Source: Eledone cirrhosa (taxonomy: Eukaryota). Taken from it: DNA of 64,000 bases. The DNA is taken from positions 417,632,001 through 417,696,000 of the forward strand of contig OZ024740.1 in assembly GCA_964016885.1 (NCBI GenBank). The letters run 5' to 3'. Positions 26,401 to 41,302 of the stretch are shown here, one piece after another (position 1 is the stretch's first letter; the number at the start of each line of letters is the position of its first letter). The position numbers and the translations under genes were made by a program. Under the pieces are notes generated by a model that saw only the letters and a program-made list of their open reading frames with translations, was not told the origin of the DNA and ran no database searches.

Positions 26401-28110
26401 TGATACTACAGACATGTGGTTAGAATGTCTCAGGAAAGAGTCTCTGAATTGAAAGATCACAATTCTGATGTTACAGACATGTGGTTAGAATGTCTCAGGA
26501 AAGAGTCTCTGAATTGAGAGATCACAGCTCTGATATTATAGACATGTGGTTAGAATGTCTCAGGAAATAGTCTCTGAATTGAGAGACCACAGCTCTGATA
26601 TTACAGACATGTGGTTAGAATGTCTCAGGAAAGAATCTCTGAATTGAGAGACCACAGCTCTGATATTACAGACATGTGGCTAGAATATCTCAGGAAAGAA
26701 TCTCTGAATTGAGAGACCACAGCTCTGATATTACAGACATGTGGCTAGAATGTCTCAGGAAAGAATCTCCGAATTCAGAGACCACAGCTCTGATATTACA
26801 GACATGTGGCAAGAATGTCTCAGGAAAGAATCTCTGAATTGAGAGATCACAGTTCTGATATTACAGACATGTGGCAAGAATGTCTCAGGAAAGAATCTCT
26901 GAATTGAGAGACCACAGCTCTGATGTTACAGACATGGGGTTAGAATGTCTCAGGAAAGAGTCTCTGAATTGAGAGACCACAGCTCTGATATTACAGACAT
27001 ATGGCTAGAATGTCTCAGGAAAGTGTCTCTGAATGGAGAGACCACAGCTCTGATACTACAGACATGTGGTTAGAATGTCTCAGGAAAGTGTCTCTGAATG
27101 GAGAGACCACAGCTCTGATACTACAGACATGTGGTTAGAATGTCTCAGGAAAGAGTCTCTGAATTGAGAGACCACAGCTCTGATATTTAAGACATGGGGC
27201 TAGAATGTGTCAGGAAAGAATCTCCGAATTGAGAGAACACAGCTCTGATATTATAGACATGGGGTTAGTATGTCTCAGGAAAGAATCTCCGAATTGAGAG
27301 ACCACAGCTCTGATATTACAGACATGTGGCTAGAATGTCTCAGGAAAGAATCTCCGAATTGAGAGACTACAGATCTGATATTACAGACAAGTGGCTAGAA
27401 TATCTCAGGGAAGAATCTCTGAATTGAGAGATCACAGCTCTGATATTACAGGCATTGGGCTAGAATGTCTCAGGAAAGAATCTCCGAATTGAGATACCAC
27501 AGCTCTGATATTACAGACATGTGGCTAGAATATCTCAGGAAAGAATCTCTGAATTGAGAGATCACAGCTCTGATATTACAGGCATGGGGCTAGAATGTCT
27601 CAGGAAAAAATCTCCGAATTGAAAGATCACAGCTCTTATATTACAGACATGGGGATAGAATGTCTCAGGAAAGAATCTCCGAATTGAGAGACCACAGCTC
27701 TGATATTACAGACATGTGGGTAGAATGTCTCAGGAAAGAATCTCTGAATTGAGAGACCACAGCTCTGATATTACAGACATGTGGCTAGAATGTCTCAGGA
27801 AAGAATCTCTGAATTGAGAGACCACAGCTCTGATATTACAGACATGGGGCTAGAATGTCTCAGGAAAGAATCTCTGAATTGAGAGACCACAGCTCTGATA
27901 CTACAGACATGTGGTTAGAATGTCTCAGGAAAGAATCTCTGAAATGAGAGACCACAGCTCTGACATTACAGACGTGTGGCAAGAATGTCTCAGGAAAGAA
28001 TCTCTGAATTGAGAGACCACAGCTCTGAAACTACAGACATGTGGTTAGAATGTCTCAGAAAAGAATCTCCGAATTGAGAGACCACAGCTCTGATATTACA
28101 GACATGTGGC
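23420..28110 (+). repeat. Imperfect tandem duplication, period 2471 bp (38 monomers) shifting to 2211 bp (34 monomers) after loss of 4 monomers
   Basis: tactag at 23545/26016 (2471); gaatggag at 24821/27032 (2211). The gctacaat/gctataat/gatagatc monomers at ~24270-24510 are missing from the second copy. Confidence 0.8.
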
Positions 28111-31100
28111 TAGAATATCTCAGGAAAGAATCTCTGAATTGAGAGATCACAGCTATGATATTACAGACATGTGGCTAGAATGTCTCAGGAAAGAATCTCT
28201 GAATTGACAGACCACAGCTCTGATACTACAGATATGTGGTTAGAATGTCTCAGGAAAGAATATCCGAATTGAGAGACCAAAGCTCTGATATTACAGACAT
28301 GTGGTTAGAATGTCTCAGGAAAGAATCTCCGAATTGAGAGACCACAGCTCTGATATTACAGACATATTTTTAGAACGTCTCAGGAAAGAGTCTCTGAATT
28401 GAGAGACCACAGCTCTGATATAACAGACATGTGGCTAGAATGTCTCAGGAAAGAATCTCCGAATTGAGAGACCACAGCTCTGATATTACAGACATGAGGA
28501 TAGAATGTCTCAGGAAAGAATCTCCGAATTGAAAGACCACAGCTCTGATATTACAGACATGTGGCTAGAATGTCTCAGGAAAGAATGTCCGAATTGAAAG
28601 ATCACAGCTCTGATATTACAGACATGTGGATAGAATGTCTCAGGAAAAAATCTCCGAGTTGAAAGATCACAGCTCTGATATTACAGATATGAGGCTAGAA
28701 TGTCTCAGGAAAGAATCTCCGAATTGAGAGACCACAGGCCTGATATTACAGACATGTGGCTAGAATGTCTCAGGAAAGAATCTCCGAATTGAGAGACCAC
28801 AGCTCTTATACTACAGACATGTGGTTAGAACGTCTCAGGAAAGAGTCTCTGAATTGAGAGAACACAGCTCTGATATTACAGACAAGTGGCTAGAATGTCT
28901 CAGGAAAGAATCTCTGAATTGAGAGACCACAGCTCTGATATTACAGACATGTGGCTAGAATGTCTCAGGAAAGAATCTCTGAATTGAGAGACCACAGCTC
29001 TGATACTACAGACATGTGGTTAGAATGTCTCAGGAAAGAATCTCTGAATTGAGAGACCACAGCTCTGATATTACATACATGTGGCAAGAATGTCTCAGGA
29101 AAGAATCTCTGAATTGAGAGACCACAGCTCTGATATTACAGACATGTGGCTAGAATGTCTCAGGAAAGAATCTCTGAATTGAGAGACCACAGCTCTGATA
29201 TTACAGACATGGGGCTAGAATGTCTCAGGAAAGAATCTCTGAATTGAGAGACCACAGCTCTGATACTACAGACATGTGGTTAGAATGTCTCAGGAAAGAA
29301 TCTCTGAAATGAGAGACCACAGCTCTGACATTACAGACGTGTGGCAAGAATGTCTCAGGAAAGAATCTCTGAATTGAGAGACCACAGCTCTGAAACTACA
29401 GACATGTGGTTAGAATGTCTCAGAAAAGAATCTCCGAATTGAGAGACCACAGCTCTGATATTACAGACATGCGGTTAGAATGTCTCAGGAAAGAACCTCT
29501 GAATTGAGAGACGACAGCTCTGATATTACAGACATGAGTTTGGAATGTCTCAGGAAAGAATCTCTGAATTGAGAGATCACAGCTCTGATATTACTAGACA
29601 TGTGGTTAGAATGTCTCAGGAAAGTGTCTCTGAATTGAGAGACCACAGCTCTGATATTACAAACATGTGGTTAGAATGTCTCAGAAAAAAATCTTCGAAT
29701 TGAGCGACCACAGATCTGATATTACAGACATGTGGATAGAATGTCTCAGGAAAGAATCTCTGAATTGAGAGACCACAGCACTGATACTACAGACATGTGG
29801 TTAGAATATCTCAGGAAAGAGTCTCTGAATTGAAAGATCACAATTCTGATGCTACAGACATGTGGTTAGAATGTCTCAGGAAAGAATCTCTGAATTGAGA
29901 GATCACAGCTCTGATATTATAGACATGTGGTTAGAATGTCTCAGGAAATAGTCTCTGAATTGAGAGACCACAGCACTGATACTACAGACATGTGGTTAGA
30001 ATGTCTCAGGAAAGAGTCTCTGAATTGAAAGATCACAATTCTGATGTTACAGACATGTGGTTAGAATGTCTCAGGAAAGAGTCTCTGAATTGAGAGATCA
30101 CAGCTCTGATATTATAGACATGTGGTTAGAATGTCTCAGGAAATAGTCTCTGAATTGAGAGACCACAGCTCTGATATTACAGACATGTGGTTAGAATGTC
30201 TCAGGAAAGAATCTCTGAATTGAGAGACCACAGCTCTGATATTACAGACATGTGGCTAGAATATCTCAGGAAAGAATCTCTGAATTGAGAGACCACAGCT
30301 CTGATATTACAGACATGTGGCTAGAATGTCTCAGGAAAGAATCTCCGAATTCAGAGACCACAGCTCTGATATTACAGACATGTGGCAAGAATGTCTCAGG
30401 AAAGAATCTCTGAATTGAGAGATCACAGTTCTGATATTACAGACATGTGGCAAGAATGTCTCAGGAAAGAATCTCTGAATTGAGAGACCACAGCTCTGAT
30501 GTTACAGACATGGGGTTAGAATGTCTCAGGAAAGAGTCTCTGAATTGAGAGACCACAGCTCTGATATTACAGACATGTGGCTAGAATGTCTCAGGAAAGT
30601 GTCTCTGAATGGAGAGACCACAGCTCTGATACTACAGACATGTGGTTAGAATGTCTCAGGAAAGTGTCTCTGAATGGAGAGACCACAGCTCTGATACTAC
30701 AGACATGTGGTTAGAATGTCTCAGGAAAGAGTCTCTGAATTGAGAGACCACAGCTCTGATATTTAAGACATGGGGCTAGAATGTGTCAGGAAAGAATCTC
30801 CGAATTGAGAGAACACAGCTCTGATATTATAGACATGGGGTTAGTATGTCTCAGGAAAGAATCTCCGAATTGAGAGACCACAGCTCTGATATTACAGACA
30901 TGTGGCTAGAATGTCTCAGGAAAGAATCTCCGAATTGAGAGACTACAGATCTGATATTACAGACAAGTGGCTAGAATATCTCAGGGAAGAATCTCTGAAT
31001 TGAGAGATCACAGCTCTGATATTACAGGCATTGGGCTAGAATGTCTCAGGAAAGAATCTCCGAATTGAGATACCACAGCTCTGATATTACAGACATGTGG

Positions 31101-32743
31101 CTAGAATATCTCAGGAAAGAATCTCTGAATTGAGAGATCACAGCTCTGATATTACAGGCATGGGGCTAGAATGTCTCAGGAAAAAATCTCCGAATTGAAA
31201 GATCACAGCTCTTATATTACAGACATGGGGATAGAATGTCTCAGGAAAGAATCTCCGAATTGAGAGACCACAGCTCTGATATTACAGACATGTGGGTAGA
31301 ATGTCTCAGGAAAGAATCTCTGAATTGAGAGACCACAGCTCTGATATTACAGACATGTGGCTAGAATGTCTCAGGAAAGAATCTCTGAATTGAGAGACCA
31401 CAGCTCTGATATTACAGACATGGGGCTAGAATGTCTCAGGAAAGAATCTCTGAATTGAGAGACCACAGCTCTGATACTACAGACATGTGGTTAGAATGTC
31501 TCAGGAAAGAATCTCTGAAATGAGAGACCACAGCTCTGACATTACAGACGTGTGGCAAGAATGTCTCAGGAAAGAATCTCTGAATTGAGAGACCACAGCT
31601 CTGAAACTACAGACATGTGGTTAGAATGTCTCAGAAAAGAATCTCCGAATTGAGAGACCACAGCTCTGATATTACAGACATGTGGCTAGAATATCTCAGG
31701 AAAGAATCTCTGAGTTGAGAGATCACAGCTATGATATTACAGACATGTGGCTAGAATGTCTCAGGAAAGAATCTCTGAATTGACAGACCACAGCTCTGAT
31801 ACTACAGATATGTGGTTAGAATGTCTCAGGAAAGAATATCCGAATTGAGAGACCAAAGCTCTGATATTACAGACATGGGGTTAGAATGTCTCAGGAAAGA
31901 ATCTCCGAATTGAGAGACCACAGCTCTGATATTACAGACATATTTTTAGAACGTCTCAGGAAAGAGTCTCTGAATTGAGAGACCACAGCTCTGATATAAC
32001 AGACATGTGGCTAGAATGTCTCAGGAAAGAATCTCCGAATTGAGAGACCACAGCTCTGATATTACAGACATGAGGATAGAATGTCTCAGGAAAGAATCTC
32101 CGAATTGAAAGACCACAGCTCTGATATTACAGACATGTGGCTAGAATGTCTCAGGAAAGAATGTCCGAATTGAAAGATCACAGCTCTGATATTACAGACA
32201 TGTGGATAGAATGTCTCAGGAAAAAATCTCCGAGTTGAAAGATCACAGCTCTGATATTACAGATATGAGGCTAGAATGTCTCAGGAAAGAATCTCCGAAT
32301 TGAGAGACCACAGGCCTGATATTACAGACATGTGGCTAGAATGTCTCAGGAAAGAATCTCCGAATTGAGAGACCACAGCTCTTATACTACAGACATGTGG
32401 TTAGAACGTCTCAGGAAAGAGTCTCTGAATTGAGAGAACACAGCTCTGATATTACAGACAAGTGGCTAGAATGTCTCAGGAAAGAATCTCTGAATTGAGA
32501 GACCACAGCTCTGATATTACAGACATGTGGCTAGAATGTCTCAGGAAAGAATCTCTGAATTGAGAGACCACAGCTCTGATACTACAGACATGTGGTTAGA
32601 ATGTCTCAGGAAAGAATCTCTGAATTGAGAGACCACAGCTCTGATATTACATACATGTGGCAAGAATGTCTCAGGAAAGAATCTCTGAATTGAGAGACCA
32701 CAGCTCTGATATTACAGACATGTGGCTAGAATGTCTCAGGAAA
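25574..32743 (+). repeat. Tandem duplication, period 3576 bp (55 monomers + 1), 2 copies
   Basis: tactag at 26016/29592 and gaatggag at 27032/30608; atgagtttgg, ttagtatg, catatttttag and cacaggcctg repeat at the same offset. Confidence 0.9.
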
Positions 32744-35700
32744 CAATCTCCGAATTGAGAGACCACAGCTCTGATATTACAGACATGTGGGTAGAATGTC
32801 TCCGGAGAGAATCTCCGAATTGAGAGACCAAAGCTCTGATATTACAGACATGTGGTTAGAATGTCTCAGGAAAGAATCTCTGAAATGAGAGACCACAGCT
32901 CTGATATTACAGACATGTGTCAAGAATGTCTCAGGAAAGAATCTCTGAATTGAGAGACCACAGCCCTGAAACTACAGACATGTGGTTAGAATGTCTCAGA
33001 AAAGAATCTCCGAATTGAGAGACCACAGCTCTGATATTACAGACATGTGGCTAGAATATCTCAGGAAAGAATCTCTGAATTGAGAGATCACAGCTATGAT
33101 ATTACAGACATGTGGATAAAATGTCTCAGGAAAGAATCTCTGAATTGACAGACCACAGCTCTGATACTACAGATATGTGGTTAGAATGTCTCAGGAAAGA
33201 ATATCCGAATTGAGAGACCAAAGCTCTGATATTACAGACATGTTGTTAGAATGTCTCAGGGAAGAATCTCCGAATTGAGAGACCACAGCTCTGATATTAC
33301 AGACATATATTTAGAATGTCTCAGGAAAGAGTCTCTGAATTGAGAGACAACGGCTCTGATATTACAGACATGAGGATAGAATGTCTCAGGAAAGAATCTC
33401 TGAATTGAAAGACCACAGCTCTGATATTACAGACATGTGGCAAGAATGTCTCAGGAAAGAATCTCCGAATTGAGATACCACAGCTCAGATATTACAGACA
33501 TGTGGCTAGAATGTCTCAGGAAAGAATCTCCGAATTGAGAGACCACAGCTCTGATATTACAGACATGTGGCTAAAATGTCTCAGGAAAGAATCTCCGAAT
33601 TGAGAGACGACAGCTCTGATATTACAGACATGTGGCTAGAATGTCTCGGAAAGAATCTTCGAATTGAGAGATCACAGCTCTGATATTACAGACATGTGGT
33701 TAGAATGTCTCAGGAAAGAATCTCTGAATTGAGAAACAACAGCTCTGATATCACAGACATGTGGCTAGAATGTCTCAGGAAAGAATCTCTGAATTGAGAG
33801 ACCACAGCTCTGATATTACAGACATATGGCTAGAATATCTCAGGAAAGAATCTCCGAATTGAGAGACCAAAGCTCTGATATTACAGACATGGGGTTAGAA
33901 TGTCTCAGGAAAGAATCTCCGAATTGAGAGACCACAGCTCTGATATTACAGACATGTGGCTAAAATGTGTCAGGAAAGAATCTCCGAATTGAGAGACCAC
34001 AGCTCTGATATTACAGACATGTGGCTAGAATGTCTCAGGAAAGAATCTCCGAATTGAAAGATCACAGCTCTGATATTACAGATATGAGGCTAGAATGTCT
34101 CAGGAAGGAATCTCAGAATTGAGAGACCACAGCTCTGATATTACAGACATGTGGCTAGAATGTCTCAGGAAAGAATCTCCGAATTGAGAGACCACAGCTC
34201 TGATATTACAGACATGAGGATAGAATGTCTCAGGAAAGAATCTCCGAATTGAAAGACCACAGCTCTGATATTACAGACATGTGGCTAGAATGTCTCAGGA
34301 AAGAATGTCCGAATTGAAAGATCACAGCTCTGATATTACAGACATGTGGATAGAATGTCTCAGGAAAAAATCTCCGAGTTGAAAGATCACAGCTCTGATA
34401 TTACAGATATGAGGCTAGAATGTCTCAGGAAAGAATCTCCGAATTGAGAGACCACAGGCCTGATATTACAGACATGTGGCTAGAATGTCTCAGGAAAGAA
34501 TCTCCGAATTGAGAGACCACAGCTCTTATACTACAGACATGTGGTTAGAACGTCTCAGGAAAGAGTCTCTGAATTGAGAGAACACAGCTCTGATATTACA
34601 GACAAGTGGCTAGAATGTCTCAGGAAAGAATCTCTGAATTGAGAGACCACAGCTCTGATATTACAGACATGTGGCTAGAATGTCTCAGGAAAGAATCTCT
34701 GAATTGAGAGACCACAGCTCTGATACTACAGACATGTGGTTAGAATGTCTCAGGAAAGAATCTCTGAATTGAGAGACCACAGCTCTGATATTACATACAT
34801 GTGGCAAGAATGTCTCAGGAAAGAATCTCTGAATTGAGAGACCACAGCTCTGATATTACAGACATGTGGCTAGAATGTCTCAGGAAACAATCTCCGAATT
34901 GAGAGACCACAGCTCTGATATTACAGACATGTGGGTAGAATGTCTCCGGAGAGAATCTCCGAATTGAGAGACCAAAGCTCTGATATTACAGACATGTGGT
35001 TAGAATGTCTCAGGAAAGAATCTCTGAAATGAGAGACCACAGCTCTGATATTACAGACATGTGTCAAGAATGTCTCAGGAAAGAATCTCTGAATTGAGAG
35101 ACCACAGCCCTGAAACTACAGACATGTGGTTAGAATGTCTCAGAAAAGAATCTCCGAATTGAGAGACCACAGCTCTGATATTACAGACATGTGGCTAGAA
35201 TATCTCAGGAAAGAATCTCTGAATTGAGAGATCACAGCTATGATATTACAGACATGTGGATAAAATGTCTCAGGAAAGAATCTCTGAATTGACAGACCAC
35301 AGCTCTGATACTACAGATATGTGGTTAGAATGTCTCAGGAAAGAATATCCGAATTGAGAGACCAAAGCTCTGATATTACAGACATGTTGTTAGAATGTCT
35401 CAGGGAAGAATCTCCGAATTGAGAGACCACAGCTCTGATATTACAGACATATATTTAGAATGTCTCAGGAAAGAGTCTCTGAATTGAGAGACAACGGCTC
35501 TGATATTACAGACATGAGGATAGAATGTCTCAGGAAAGAATCTCTGAATTGAAAGACCACAGCTCTGATATTACAGACATGTGGCAAGAATGTCTCAGGA
35601 AAGAATCTCCGAATTGAGATACCACAGCTCAGATATTACAGACATGTGGCTAGAATGTCTCAGGAAAGAATCTCCGAATTGAGAGACCACAGCTCTGATA

Positions 35701-36344
35701 TTACAGACATGTGGCTAAAATGTCTCAGGAAAGAATCTCCGAATTGAGAGACGACAGCTCTGATATTACAGACATGTGGCTAGAATGTCTCGGAAAGATC
35801 TTCGAATTGAGAGATCACAGCTCTGATATTACAGACATGTGGTTAGAATGTCTCAGGAAAGAATCTCTGAATTGAGAAACAACAGCTCTGATATCACAGA
35901 CATGTGGCTAGAATGTCTCAGGAAAGAATCTCTGAATTGAGAGACCACAGCTCTGATATTACAGACATATGGCTAGAATATCTCAGGAAAGAATCTCCGA
36001 ATTAAGAGACCAAAGCTCTGATATTACAGACATGGGGTTAGAATGTCTCAGGAAAGAATCTCCGAATTGAGAGACCACAGCTCTGATATTACAGACATGT
36101 GGCTAAAATGTGTCAGGAAAGAATCTCCGAATTGAGAGACCACAGCTCTGATATTACAGACATGTGGCTAGAATGTCTCAGGAAAGAATCTCCGAATTGA
36201 AAGATCACAGCTCTGATATTACAGATATGAGGCTAGAATGTCTCAGGAAGGAATCTCAGAATTGAGAGACCACAGCTCTGATATTACAGACATGTGGCTA
36301 GAATGTCTCAGGAAAGAATCTCCGAATTGAGAGACCACAGCTCT
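32000..36344 (+). repeat. Tandem duplication, period ~2144 bp (33 monomers - 1), 2 copies
   Basis: tccggagag at 32801/34945; ggataaaatg, tgttgttag, catatattta, tctcggaaag and gagaaacaac are repeated. The second copy has an extra 1-bp deletion (cggaaagatc, 35791). Confidence 0.9.
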
Positions 36345-39300
36345 TATACTACAGACATGTGGTTAGAACGTCTCAGGAAAGAGTCTCTGAATTGAGAGAC
36401 CACAGCTCTGATATTACAGACAAGTGGCTAGAATGTCTCAGGAAAGAATCTCTGAATTGAGAGACCACAGCTCTGATACTACAGACATGTGGTTAGAATG
36501 TCTCAGGAAAAAATCTCCGAATTGAGAGACCTCAGCTCTGATATTACAGACATGTGGATAGAATGTCTCAGGAAAGAATCTCCGAATTGAAAGACCACAG
36601 CTCTGATATTACAGACATGTGGCTAGAATGTCTCAGGAAAGAATCTCCGAATTGAGAGACCACAGCTCTGATATTACAGACATGTGGCTAGAATGTCTCA
36701 GGAAAGAATCTCTGAATTGAGAGACCACTGCTCTGATATTACAGACATGTGGCTAGAATATCTCAGGAAAGAATCTCCGAATTGAGAGACCACAGCTCTG
36801 ATATTACAGACATGTAACTAGAATGTCACAGGAAAGAATCTCTGAATTGAGAGATCACAGCTCTGATATTACAGACATGTGGTTAGAATGTCTCAGGAAA
36901 GAATCTCTGAATTGAGAGACCACAGCTCTGATATTACAGACATATGGTTAGAATGTCTCAGGAAAAAATGTCCGAATTGAAAGATCACAGCTGTGATATT
37001 ACAGATATGGGGATAGAATGTCTCAGGAAAGAATCTCCGAATTGAAAGACCACAGCTCTGATATTACAGACATGTGGTTAGAATGTCTCAGGAAAGAGTC
37101 TCTGAATTGAGAGACAACAGCTCTGATGTTACAGACATGTGGTTAGAATGTCTCAGGAAAGTGTTTCTAAATTGAGAGACCACAGCTCTGATATTACAGA
37201 TATGTGGCTAGAATGTCTCAGGAAAGAATCTCTGAATTGAAAGACCACAGCTCTGATACTACAGACATGTGGTTAGAATGTCTCAGGAAAGAATCTCTGA
37301 AATGAGAGACCACAGCTCTGATATTACAGACATGTGGCAAGAATGTCTCAGGAAAGAATCTCTGAATTGAGAGACCACAGCTCTAATATTACAGACATGT
37401 GGCTAGAATGTCTCAGGAAAGAATCTCTGAATTGAGAGACCACAGCTCTGATATTACAGACATGTGGCTAGAATATCTCAGGAAAGAATCTCCGAATTGA
37501 GATACCACAGCTCAGATATTACAGACATGTGGCTAGAATGTCTCAGGAAAGAATCTCCGAATTGAGAGACCACAGCTCTGATATTACAGACATGTGGCTA
37601 AAATGTCTCAGGAAAGAATCTCCGAATTGAGAGACGACAGTTCTGATATTACAGACATGTGGCTAGAATGTCTCGGAAAGAATCTTCGAATTGAGAGATC
37701 ACAGCTCTGATATTACAGACATGTGGTTAGAACGTCTCAGGAAAGAATCTCTGAATTGAGAAACGACAGCTCTGATATTACAGACATGTGGCTAGAATGT
37801 CTCAGGAAAGAATCTCTGAATTGAGAGACCACAGCTCTGATATTACAGACATATGGCTAGAATATCTCAGGAAAGAATCTCCGAATTGAGAGACCAAAGC
37901 TCTGATATTACAGACATGGGGTTAGAATGTCTCAGGAAAGAATCTCCGAATTGAGAGACCACAGCTCTGATATTACAGACATGTGGCTAAAATGTCTCAG
38001 GAAAGAATCTCCGAATTGAGAGACCACAGCTCTGATATTACAGACATGTGGCTAGAATGTCTCAGGAAAGAATCTCCGAATTGAAAGATCACAGCTCTGA
38101 TATTACAGATATGAGGCTAGAATGTCTCAGGAAGGAATCTCAGAATTGAGAGACCACAGCTCTGATATTACAGACATGTGGCTAGAATGTCTCAGGAAAG
38201 AATCTCCGAATTGAGAGACCACAGCTCTTATACTACAGACATGTGGTTAGAACGTCTCAGGAAAGAGTCTCTGAATTGAGAGACCACAGCTCTGATATTA
38301 CAGACAAGTGGCTAGAATGTCTCAGGAAAGAATCTCTGAATTGAGAGACCACAGCTCTGATACTACAGACATGTGGTTAGAATGTCTCAGGAAAAAATCT
38401 CCGAATTGAGAGACCACAGCTCTGATATTACAGACATGTGGATAGAATGTCTCAGGAAAGAATCTCCGAATTGAAAGACCACAGCTCTGATATTACAGAC
38501 ATGTGGCTAGAATGTCTCAGGAAAGAATCTCCGAATTGAGAGACCACAGCACTGATATTACAGACATGTGGCTAGAATGTCTCAGGAAAGAATCTCTGAA
38601 TTGAGAGACCACTGCTCTGATATTACAGACATGTGGCTAGAATATCTCAGGAAAGAATCTCCGAATTGAGAGACCACAGCTCTGATATTACAGACATGTA
38701 ACTAGAATGTCACAGGAAAGAATCTCTGAATTGAGAGATCACAGCTCTGATATTACAGACATGTGGTTAGAATGTCTCAGGAAAGAATCTCTGAATTGAG
38801 AGACCACAGCTCTGATATTACAGACATATGGTTAGAATGTCTCAGGAAAAAATCTCCGAATTGAAAGATCACAGCTGTGATATTACAGATATGGGGATAG
38901 AATGTCTCAGGAAAGAATCTCCGAATTGAAAGACCACAGCTCTGATATTACAGACATGTGGTTAGAATGTCTCAGGAAAGAGTCTCTGAATTGAGAGACA
39001 ACAGCTCTGATGTTACAGACATGTGGTTAGAATGTCTCAGGAAAGTGTTTATAAATTGAGAGACCACAGCTCTGATATTACAGATATGTGGCTAGAATGT
39101 CTCAGGAAAGAATCTCTGAATTGAGAGACCACAGCTCTGATACTACAGACATGTGGTTAGAATGTCTCAGGAAAGAATCTCTGAAATGAGAGACCACAGC
39201 TCTGATATTACAGACATGTGGCAAGAATGTCTCAGGAAAGAATCTCTGAATTGAGAGACCACAGCTCTAATATTACAGACATGTGGCTAGAATGTCTCAG

Positions 39301-39386
39301 GAAAGAATCTCTGAATTGAGAGACCACAGCTCTGATATTACAGACATGTGGCTAGAATATCTCAGGAAAGAATCTCCGAATTGAGA
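35590..39386 (+). repeat. Tandem duplication, period ~1884 bp (29 monomers - 1), 2 copies
   Basis: cggaaag at 35791/37674 and gagaccactg at 36721/38605; catgtaactag, cagctgtgat and ctctaatatt are repeated. Confidence 0.85.
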
Positions 39387-41302
39387 GACCACAGCTCTGA
39401 TATTACAGACATGTCGCTAGAATGTCACAGGAAAGAATCTCTGAATTGAGAGATCACAGCTCTGATATTACAGACATGTGGTTAGAATGTCTCAGGAAAG
39501 AATCTCTGAATTGAGAGACCACAGCTCTGATATTACAGACATATGGTTAGAATGTCTCAGGAAAAAATCTCCGAATTGAAAGATCACAGCTGTGATATTA
39601 CAGATATGGGGATAGAATGTCTCAGGAAAGAATCTCCGAATTGAAAGACCACAGCTCTGATATTACAGACATGTGGTTAGAATTTCTCAGGAAAGAGTCT
39701 CTGAATTGAGAGACAACAGCTCTGATGTTACAGACATGTGGTTAGAATGTCTCAGGAAAGTGTTTCTGAATTGAGAGACCACAGCTCTGATACTACAGAC
39801 ATGTGGTTAGAATGTCTCAGGAAAGAGTCTCTGAATTGAGAGACCACAGCTCTGATATTACAGACATGTGGCTAGAATGTCTCAGGAAAGAATCTCTGAA
39901 TTGAGAGACCACAGCTCTGATACTACAGACATGTGGTTATAATGTCTCAGGAAAGAATCTCCGAATTGAGAGACCACAGCTCTGATATTACAGATATGTG
40001 GCTAGAATGTCTCAGGAAAGAATCTCTGAATTGCGAGACCACAGCTCTGATATTACAGACATGTGGGTAGAATGTCTCAGGAAAGAATCTCTGAATTGAG
40101 AGACCACAGCTCTGATATTACAGGCATGGGGCTAGAATGTCTCAGGAAAGAACCTCCGAATTGAAAGATCACTGCTCTGATATTACAGACATGTGGATAG
40201 AATGTCTCAGGAAAGAATCTACGAATTGAAAGACCACAGCTCTGACATTACAGACATGTGGCTAGAATATCTCAGGAAAGAGTCTCTGAATTGAGAGACA
40301 ACGGCTCTGATGTTACAGACATGGGGTTAGAATGTCTCAGGAAAGAGTCTCTGAATTGAGAGACGACAGCTCTGATATAACAGACATGTGGCTAGAATAT
40401 CTCAGGAAAGAATCTCTGAATTGAGAGATCACAGCTCTGATATTACAGACATGTGGCAAGAATGTCTCAGAAAAGAATCTTTGAATTGAGAGACCACAGC
40501 TCTGATACTACAGACATGTGGTTAGAATGTCTCAGGAAAGAATCTCCGAATTGAGAGACTACAGCTCTGATATTACAGACATGTGGCTAGAATGTCTCAG
40601 GAAAAAATCTCCGAATTGAGAGACCACAGCTCTGATATTACAGACATGTGGCGAGTATATCTCAGGAAAGAATCTCTGAATTGAGAGATCACAGCTCTGA
40701 TATTACAGACATGTGGCTAAAATGTCTCAGGAAAGAATCTCCGAATTGAGAGACGACAGCTCTGATATTACAGACATGTGGCTAGAATGTCTCAGGAAAG
40801 AATGTCCGAATTGAAAGATCACAGCTCTGATATTACAGACATGTGGATAGAATGTCTCAGGAAAAAATCTCCGAATTGAAAGATCACAGCTCTGATATTA
40901 CAGACATGAGGATAGAATGTCTCAGGAAAGAATCTCCGAATTGAAAGACCACAGCTCTGATATTACAGACATGTGGCTATAATGTCTCAGGAAAGAATCT
41001 CCGAATTGAGAGACCACAGCTCTTATACTACAGACATGTGGTTAGAACGTCTCAGGAAAGAGTCTCTGAATTGAGAGAACACATCTCTGATATTACAGAC
41101 AAGTGGCTAGAATGTCTCAGGAAAGAATCTCTGAATTGAGAGACCACAGGTCTGATATTACAGACATGTGGCTAGAATGTCTCAGGAAAGAATCTCCGAA
41201 TTGAGACACCAGAGCTCTTATACTACAGACATGTGGTTAGAACGTCTCAGGAAAGAGTCTCTGAATTGAGAGAACACATCTCTGATATTACAGACAAGTG
41301 GC

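Larger units (their letters stand above)
24200..41300 (+). repeat. Satellite sub-domain B (GGCTAG / TCTCCGA-rich; transitional to ~30.2 kb)
   Basis: ggCtag and tctcCga become common. Private markers: gaatGgagaga (24821, 27032, 30608), gatatttaag, tccggagag (32801, 34945) and -A tctcggaaag (~33645, 35789, 37671). A-type blocks are interleaved until ~30.2 kb. Confidence 0.7.
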
